DNA of 64,000 nucleotides from an uncultured delta proteobacterium (GTDB lineage Bacteria; Desulfobacterota; Binatia; JACPRU01), in assembly GCA_963745025.1 (NCBI GenBank), contig CAVUWD010000005.1:64001-128000 (forward strand). Reading direction: 5' to 3'. The stretch's first letter is position 1; every line of letters begins with the position of its first letter. Both the position numbers and the translations under genes were made by a program. The notes under the pieces were generated by a model, which was given only the letters and a program-made list of their open reading frames with translations, was not told the DNA's origin and did not search any database. Positions 57,800 through 64,000 of the stretch are shown in pieces.

Positions 57800-58790
57800 A
57801 CGGCCTCCTCCCGCCGGCGGCGCCGCAGCCGGCTGACGAGCGGCCGGAGGTCGAGCTCCCGATCGCCGAGCACGCCTTGTGGGCGCGTGAGCATCAGCAC
57901 GATCAGCGTGAGCGAGTAGATCACCATGCGATACTCCCCGACCCGGCGCAGCAGCTCGGGGAGGAGCGTCAGGAGCGCGGCGGATGCCACCGAGCCGCTG
58001 ATGCTTCCCATGCCGCCGAGCACCACCATGACGATGATTTCGATCGAACGCATGAAGGTGAACGAGTTGGTGTGCAGGTACGCATCGAAGTGCGCGAACA
58101 GGCCGCCGGCGATGCCCGCGAAGAACGAGCCAACGAGAAACGCCGTGACCTTGTAGCGGGTCGAGTCGATGCCCATGACGTCCGCGGCGAGATCGTCTTC
58201 GCGCACGGCGAGGAACGCGAGACCGCGCGCCGAGCGGACCATGCGATGCACCGTGACGATCGTCCCGACGACGAACAGGTAGACCCAGGAGAATCCCGCC
58301 AACGCCGGAATGCCGGTGAAACCGCGGGCGCCGCCGACGACGTCGAGGTTGAGAATCAGCACGCGGATGATCTCGCCGAAGCCGAGCGTGCCGATCGCCA
58401 GGTAGTCGCTCTTGCAGCCGCAAGGTGGGAACGCCGACGAGCACGCCGGCCAACGCGGCGAGCGCGGAGCCCGCGGCGAGCGCGACGGTCAGCAGCACGA
58501 GGTCGGCACCCGCGGCGGCCGGTGATCGGATCGAGCGCGGCGTGGAGCCCGGGGCCGCCGTAGACGCTCACGGCCGCGGAGGTGTAGGCGCCGATCGCCA
58601 TGAACCCCGCGTGCCCGATCGAGAACTGGCCGGTGAAACCGTTGATCAGGTTCAGGCTGACGGCGAGGATGATGTTGATGCCGATACGGACGAGTACGTT
58701 CAGGTAATACGCGTTCAGATGGCGATCGAGCAGCCAACCGAGCGCCGCGAGCGCGGCCACCCCGAACGCGGCGCCCGCCAGCTGCTTCAC
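57796..58790 (-). CDS. livM: Branched-chain amino acid ABC permease, with frameshifts
   Basis: SLNLINGFTGQFSIGHAGF, AVREDDLAA and MVVLGGMGS. Confidence 0.9.
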
Positions 58791-59695
58791 TCAGACCTTC
58801 TCCTGACAGCGACGCCCCGAAGAGCCCCGAGGGTCGGACCAGGAGCACGACGATGAGGATCACGAAGGCGATCGCGTCCCGGTAGGTCGAGGAGACGTAG
58901 CCGACCACCAGCACCTCGGCGAGACCCATGAGGATGCCGCCCGCCATGGCGCCGGGGATGTTGCCGATCCCGCCGACCACCGCGGCGACGAACGCCTTCA
59001 AGCCGGGCATGATCCCCATGAGCGGGTCGATCTTCGGGTTGGAGAGCCCGACCAGCACTCCGGCGGCGCCGGCAAGCATCGAGCCGAGCACGAACGTGAG
59101 CGAGATGATGCGGTCGACGTCGATGCCCATCAGGCTCGCGGCCTCGGCGCTGTACGAGACGGCGCGCATGGCCGTGCCGACGCGCGTGCGAAGAACGAGG
59201 ACTTGCAAGCCGACCATCAGGGTGAGGGAGACGGCGAGGACGAGAAGCTGCACGTTCGTGACGACGATGCCGCGCCCGGAGAGAGCTCGTGCGTCTCGAG
59301 GAGCTGCGGAAAGAACTTCGGATCGGGACCGAACACGAGCTGGCCGCCGTTCTCGAGGAAGAGCGAGACGCCGATCGCGGTGATCAGCGCGGTGAGCCGC
59401 GGGGCGCGGCGGAGCGGGCGGTAGGCGAGGCGCTCGATCAAGAAGCCGAGGAGCGCCGCAGGCGACCATCGACAGCGCGAGCAGGGCGAAGAACGCCGCC
59501 GCCGACGAGGTCTCGGGCGCGAGCAGCGCTCGCGCGGCGTAATACGCGACCAACGCGCCGATCATGTAGACGTCGCCGTGCGCGAAGTTGATCAGGCGCA
59601 GGATGCCGTAGACCATGGTGTAGCCGAGCGCGATCAGCGCGTAGATGGCTGCCCCAGGCGATGCCGTTGACGATCTGCTGGAGGAGCTCGTTCAC
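58791..59695 (-). CDS. livH: Branched-chain amino acid ABC permease, with frameshifts
   Basis: MVYGILRLINFAHGD and KAFVAAVVGGIG. Confidence 0.9.
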
Positions 59696-59703
59696 GGACG
59701 GCT

Positions 59704-59770
59704 CCGGCTACCGGCTACCGGCCACCGGAAGGCGTCGGGCGTCTTCGCCGGTAGCCGGTAGCCGGTAGCT
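59704..59770. repeat. Heptamer-based REP-like palindrome between livK and livH
   Basis: (ccggcta)2-ccggcca ... (ccggtag)3, an inverted arrangement. Confidence 0.75.
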
Positions 59771-59779
59771 CGACAGCCG

Positions 59780-60922
59780 CTAGGGCTCGACCTTCGCGAA
59801 AAACTTCACCTTTCCGCCGTCGATCTTCAGCACCACGATCGACTTCCGCGCGTTGCGCTCGTCGTCGATCGTGATCTGACCCGAGACGCCGGGGAAGTCC
59901 TTGGTGGCGGCGATGGCATCGCGCAGCCGCCTGCCGTCGGTCGCGCCGGCGCGACGGATGGCGTCGGCGAGCACCTGCGTGGCGTCGTAGCCGAGCACGG
60001 CCATCGCATCGGGAATCTCGGCGTACTTCTGACGGAACTTCTGGATGAAGCTCTGCACGACCGGGTTCGGATCGTCCGCCGAGTAGTGGTTCGAGAAATA
60101 GCAGCCGTTGGCCGCCGCACCGCCGATCTCGACGGTGCGTGGCGAGTCCCAGCCGTCGCCGCCGAGCAGCGGCACGGTGATGCCGAGCTCGCGCGCCTGC
60201 CGCGCGATCAGCCCGACTTCGGTGTAGTAGCCGGGAACGAAGATCACGTCGGGGCGGACCCCGCGGATCGCGGTGAGCTGGGCCTTGAAGTCGATGTCGC
60301 CCTCGGAGTACGAGACGTCGGTCAGGATCTTGCCGCCGTGGCGCGTGAACTCGTCGCGGAAGAAGTCGGCGAGGCCGACGCTGTAGTCGTTCTTCACGTC
60401 GCGCAGAATCGCGGCGCTCTTGGCGTGCAGGGTCTCGGCCGCGAACTTCGCCATCGTCGAGCCCTGGAAGGGATCGATGAAGCAGACGCGGAAGATGTAG
60501 TCGCCGACTGCCGTGACCTTGGGATTGGTCGAGGCCGGCGAGATCATCGGCACTCCCGCGCGCTGGCATTCAGGAGCCGCGGCGAGGCTCCGCGAGCTCG
60601 CGACCTCGCCGAGCACCGCCACGACCTCGTCTTGCTTGAGTAGCTTCAGCACCGCGGTGCGCGCCTCTTCCGGCTTGCTCTGATCGTCCTCGACCACGAC
60701 GCGGATTTTCTTTCCGAGCAGGCCGCCGGCCGCGTTGATCTCGTTGACCGCGAGCTGAACGCCCGCATTGCTCGATCGGCCGAAGGTGGCGGTGCCGCCC
60801 GTCAGCGAGGCGAACTCTCCGATGACGATCTCGTCCGTCGGCTTGCTCTTGCACGCGCCGAGCGAGGCGGCGACTAGGAGCGCGGCGAAGAGAAGCGCGA
60901 GACGTCGAGCCATGGGATGCAT
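59780..60922 (-). CDS. livK: Branched-chain amino acid ABC substrate-binding lipoprotein
   Basis: Lipobox LGAC, EINAAGG, SPASTNP...YIFRVCFID and LGGDGWD. Confidence 0.9.
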   Translation of the reverse strand: MHPMARRLALLFAALLVAASLGACKSKPTDEIVIGEFASLTGGTATFGRSSNAGVQLAVNEINAAGGLLGKKIRVVVEDDQSKPEEARTAVLKLLKQDEVVAVLGEVASSRSLAAAPECQRAGVPMISPASTNPKVTAVGDYIFRVCFIDPFQGSTMAKFAAETLHAKSAAILRDVKNDYSVGLADFFRDEFTRHGGKILTDVSYSEGDIDFKAQLTAIRGVRPDVIFVPGYYTEVGLIARQARELGITVPLLGGDGWDSPRTVEIGGAAANGCYFSNHYSADDPNPVVQSFIQKFRQKYAEIPDAMAVLGYDATQVLADAIRRAGATDGRRLRDAIAATKDFPGVSGQITIDDERNARKSIVVLKIDGGKVKFFAKVEP

Positions 60923-60962
60923 CCTACTTACGCAAGCGACTCCGAGGCTGCAAGATGGGCGA

Positions 60963-61034
60963 TCGGCATTCCGCCGTCGGCTATCGGCAAGGACGTCGCG
61001 CAGTCTCTTGCCGATCGCCGGCAGCCGAAAGCCG
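60963..61034. repeat. Degenerate third copy of the heptamer REP-like palindrome
   Basis: cggctatcggcaaggac...gtctcttgccgatcgccggcagccg shares its core with 4101-4155. Confidence 0.55.
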
Positions 61035-61037
61035 CGT

Positions 61038-61793
61038 TCACGCGTTGCCGGGGAACTGTCCGCCGTCGACGTCGAGCGTGACGCCGGTCACCCAGCTCGC
61101 GCACGGCGAGGCGAGGAACGCGACCGCGTTCGCGACCTCTTCCGGCGTTCCCATGCGGGCCGACGGGATGGTGGCGAGGATGCCGTCGTACATCGGCCGG
61201 TCGTTCTTGCGCACGATGTCCCAGAAGCCGTCGGGGAAGTCGATTGCGCCCGGCGCCACGACGTTGACACGGATCTTCTTCGCGGCGAGCGCGGTCGACA
61301 GATTCTTGGCGTGGCTGATCATCGCCGCCTTGACGGCGGCGTACGCGGGCGGCTGGCCGCCCATGCGCCCCGAGATCGAGGAGATGTGGATGATCGCACC
61401 GCCGCCGACCTTCTCCATCCACGGCACGACCTTCCAGCTGGCGCGCACGGCCGCCATCAGGTCGATCTCGAAGCTCGCCTTCCACCCCGACTCGTCATCG
61501 GCGAGGGCGAGGGCGGACGGGTTGTTGACCAGCACGTCGATGCGGCCGAGTGCCTTCGCCGCTCCGTCGAGGAACGCGGCGAGCTGCTTCTCGTCGCCGA
61601 CGTCGCAGGCGGCGGCATGCACCTTCACGCCCTTCGCGGAGAGCTCCTCCGCGACCTTGCGCAACCCCTCCTCGCCGCGCGCGCAGATGGCGAGGTTCGC
61701 CTTTTCACCCGCGAAGGCAAACGCGATCGAGCGACCGATCCCCCGGCTCGCTCCGGTGACGATGACCCCCTTACCCCCGAGCTGTAAATCCAT
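61038..61793 (-). CDS. Short-chain dehydrogenase/reductase
   Basis: TGASRGIG and YAAVK motifs. Confidence 0.9.
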   Translation of the reverse strand: MDLQLGGKGVIVTGASRGIGRSIAFAFAGEKANLAICARGEEGLRKVAEELSAKGVKVHAAACDVGDEKQLAAFLDGAAKALGRIDVLVNNPSALALADDESGWKASFEIDLMAAVRASWKVVPWMEKVGGGAIIHISSISGRMGGQPPAYAAVKAAMISHAKNLSTALAAKKIRVNVVAPGAIDFPDGFWDIVRKNDRPMYDGILATIPSARMGTPEEVANAVAFLASPCASWVTGVTLDVDGGQFPGNA

Positions 61794-61936
61794 GGCGACT
61801 CCTTTCGGTTCTGGCGTTGCGGACCGTGCTACGAGCGGCTGGAACGCGGCGTCCGCTGGCTTGTTGCGCCGCAGCGGAGGTCCTATAGTCGACGTCCGAC
61901 CGCCTGTCGAGGAGGATGACCTGTCGAGGAGGACGA

Positions 61937-62203
61937 ATGGGAGTCCGGTTTCCGTCGGTGGAGTTTTTCGCGGCGCTGCAGAGTCGCATGCGCGACGCCG
62001 CAGAGCGGTTCCGTCGACTCGGGTACTTCGACACGACGTTCGGCGTTCACGTCCGAAACGGCGCCGATCGCTCGTTCGTCCTGGCGTTCGAGGTCTTCGA
62101 CTGCGTGGACGTCCGCGAGCTCGATGGCCTGACGAGTCACCCGGTGGACTTCACGCTCGAGGGCAGCTTCGCGGCGTGGCGCCGGCAAGTCCTCGCGGCG
62201 TGA
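61937..62203 (+). CDS. Small hypothetical protein, SCP2-like and possibly truncated
   Basis: GAGGAGG RBS, MGVRFPSVEFF...VDFTLEGSFAAW. Stop overlaps the next GTG. Confidence 0.6.
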   Translation: MGVRFPSVEFFAALQSRMRDAAERFRRLGYFDTTFGVHVRNGADRSFVLAFEVFDCVDVRELDGLTSHPVDFTLEGSFAAWRRQVLAA

Positions 62204-63180
62204 GCGCTGCTCCGATCCCCGTCGGCCTCGTCGGCGCGGGTAAGCACGGCGAGCGCTACCTTCGGCACATCCACGAAGAGGTGCCCGAGCTCTCGGTGCG
62301 CCTACTCTGTCGTCGCGACCGAGCCGCCGGGTACGCCCAGGCCGAACGTGTCGGCGCACGCTACCTCGATGACTTTCGCGAGCTCGTCACCTCGCCGGAG
62401 ATCGCGGCGGTCATCGCCGTGGTGCCGCCGACGCTGAATGTCGAGATCTGCACGGCGGCCGCCCGAGCGGGGAAGGCGATTCTCGTCGAGAAGCCGCTCG
62501 CCCCGGGCGTCGGCGCGGCCCTGGAGATCCGCCGCGCCGTCTGCGGCGCGGCGGTTCCGTGCATGGTCGCCCACACGCTGCGCTTCAACTCCGTCGTTCG
62601 AGCGGTTCGCGACGACCTCGGGCGCCTCGGCGCGCTTCACCAATTGTCGCTCACGCAGCGCTTCGAGCCCTCACGCCTCGACTGGCTCGACGATCCGCGC
62701 GTGTCGGGCGGGGGCAACCTGCTGCACACCGGCGTCCACAGCTTCGATCTGCTGCGCTTCTTCACCGGGGAGAACCCCCGCGCGGTCAGGGCCGAAACCT
62801 GCCGGGTCGTGACGCGGCGGAGCGAGGACAACTTCGCGGCGGTCTTCTCTTTTTCCGGGCCTCTCCTCGCGGTGGTGAGCGGGTCGCGTGCCACGGCCAG
62901 CCGCTCCGGGGGGATCGAGATCGTCGGCGAGAAGGGGCAGATCTTCGCCGATCACGTGCACGGTTCCGCGCTGCGCATCACCGGCACGAAGCGGGAGCCG
63001 CTCGAGGTGCCGCCGCCGGCACCGACGGTACGGGAGGCGCTCCGCGCCTTCGCCCGCATGCTGCGCGACGGCTCGCCGCCGCCGATCACGCTCGAAGACG
63101 GCCTGTGGAGCGTGGCGATGGCGGAAACGTGCTATCGATCCGCGGCATCGAGCTCGGTCGAGGCGATCGGGCTCGAGTGA
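62200..63180 (+). CDS. Gfo/Idh/MocA-family oxidoreductase
   Basis: VGLVGAGKHG, ILVEKPLA and GGGNLLHTGVHSFD. Confidence 0.9.
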   Translation: MSAAPIPVGLVGAGKHGERYLRHIHEEVPELSVRLLCRRDRAAGYAQAERVGARYLDDFRELVTSPEIAAVIAVVPPTLNVEICTAAARAGKAILVEKPLAPGVGAALEIRRAVCGAAVPCMVAHTLRFNSVVRAVRDDLGRLGALHQLSLTQRFEPSRLDWLDDPRVSGGGNLLHTGVHSFDLLRFFTGENPRAVRAETCRVVTRRSEDNFAAVFSFSGPLLAVVSGSRATASRSGGIEIVGEKGQIFADHVHGSALRITGTKREPLEVPPPAPTVREALRAFARMLRDGSPPPITLEDGLWSVAMAETCYRSAASSSVEAIGLE

Positions 63181-63254
63181 CCACGGAGTGAACTGCCGAC
63201 CGGACACCGTGTAGTTTCCGTGCGTCAACGCGAAATCCCGCTGGGCTCGACCGG

Positions 63255-64000
63255 CTATCCGGCGGCCGACAGACAGCTGGCGGGCTCCAGGCGCAGGTGC
63301 TGGCGGAGGAAGCGTGCGGTGTGGGAGCCCGCGCCGTCGACCAGGAGCTGCTCGGGCGGTCCCGAGAACACGATCCGTCCTCCCGCGCTGCCCCCTTCGG
63401 GCCCGAGATCGACCACGTAGTCGGCCTCTTTGACGATGTCGAGATTGTGCTCGATCGTCACCACGGTGTTGCCGCGGTCGACGAGGCGATGGAGCGCGCC
63501 GATCAGGCACTCGATGTCGGCGAAGTGGAGGCCGGTGGTCGGCTCGTCGAGCACGTAGAGGGTCGAGCCCTTCGACTCCTTCGAGAGCTCGTAGGCGAGC
63601 TTGATGCGCTGCGCTTCGCCGCCGGACAGCGTGTTCGAAGGCTGGCCGAGCGTGAGGTAGCCGAGTCCGATGTCGCAGAGGAGGCGCAGGCAGCGTTCGA
63701 TCGAGGGGACGGCGGAGAAGAGCTCCAGCGCCTCTTCCATCGTCATCGCCAGCACGTCGGCGATCGACTTGCCGCGGTAGGTCGCCGCGAGCGTCTCCTC
63801 GTTGAAGCGCCGATCGTTGCACTCTTCGCAGGCGACGTACACGTCGGGAAGGAAGCTCATCTCCATACGGATGCGTCCCTGACCGGCGCACCCCTCGCAC
63901 CGTCCGCCCTTGACGTTGAACGAGAACCGCGACGGGGTGTAGCCGCGGAGCCGCGCCTCCGGCGTGCCGGCGAAGAGCCGGCGGATCTCGTCGAAGAAGC
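63255..64000 (-). CDS. uvrA: Excinuclease ABC subunit A, 3' part; continues beyond the window
   Basis: [48 protein letters not shown] and DLGPEGG. Confidence 0.95.
   Translation of the reverse strand, partial: FFDEIRRLFAGTPEARLRGYTPSRFSFNVKGGRCEGCAGQGRIRMEMSFLPDVYVACEECNDRRFNEETLAATYRGKSIADVLAMTMEEALELFSAVPSIERCLRLLCDIGLGYLTLGQPSNTLSGGEAQRIKLAYELSKESKGSTLYVLDEPTTGLHFADIECLIGALHRLVDRGNTVVTIEHNLDIVKEADYVVDLGPEGGSAGGRIVFSGPPEQLLVDGAGSHTARFLRQHLRLEPASCLSAAG

Noticed and set aside
59704-59770. Short tandem repeats as a possible CRISPR array
   Set aside because: 7-bp units without spacers and no cas genes. Classified as REP-like.

Overview
High-GC bacterial chromosomal window. Gene content suggests a Ca. 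Binatia/Deltaproteobacteria-like organism, which is an inference only. Dense single-base frameshifts at about 10.0-12.5, 17.2-22.6, 45.7-46.0 and 58.4-59.7 kb look like long-read indel errors. The backbone carries pcs, two SDRs, an Omp85-family protein, mltA, an alanine-glyoxylate aminotransferase opposite glcDEF, a TetR-TolC-HlyD-ABC efflux operon, a fused family III CoA-transferase, a RavA/ViaA-like pair, livKHMGF and the 3' end of uvrA. The stretch at about 28.4-56.3 kb is an accessory mosaic. Its standout is a convergent pair lying between decayed gene and integrase fragments. One gene is a PPDK-like dikinase whose pyruvate-binding barrel is replaced by an unknown domain (36828-39524). The other is a circularly permuted enolase that retains its catalytic motifs and is fused behind an M50/site-2-protease-like HExxH membrane domain (39534-41972). 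Other highlights are a probable secreted selenocysteine rhodanese missed by the ORF track, an unclassified glycyl radical enzyme beside an arylsulfatase, two genes that seem to start at CTG, a methyltransferase-coiled coil-glycosyltransferase fusion, and a diverged livF duplication bracketing a vapBC/MOSC cassette. I recognised no tRNA, rRNA or CRISPR array.
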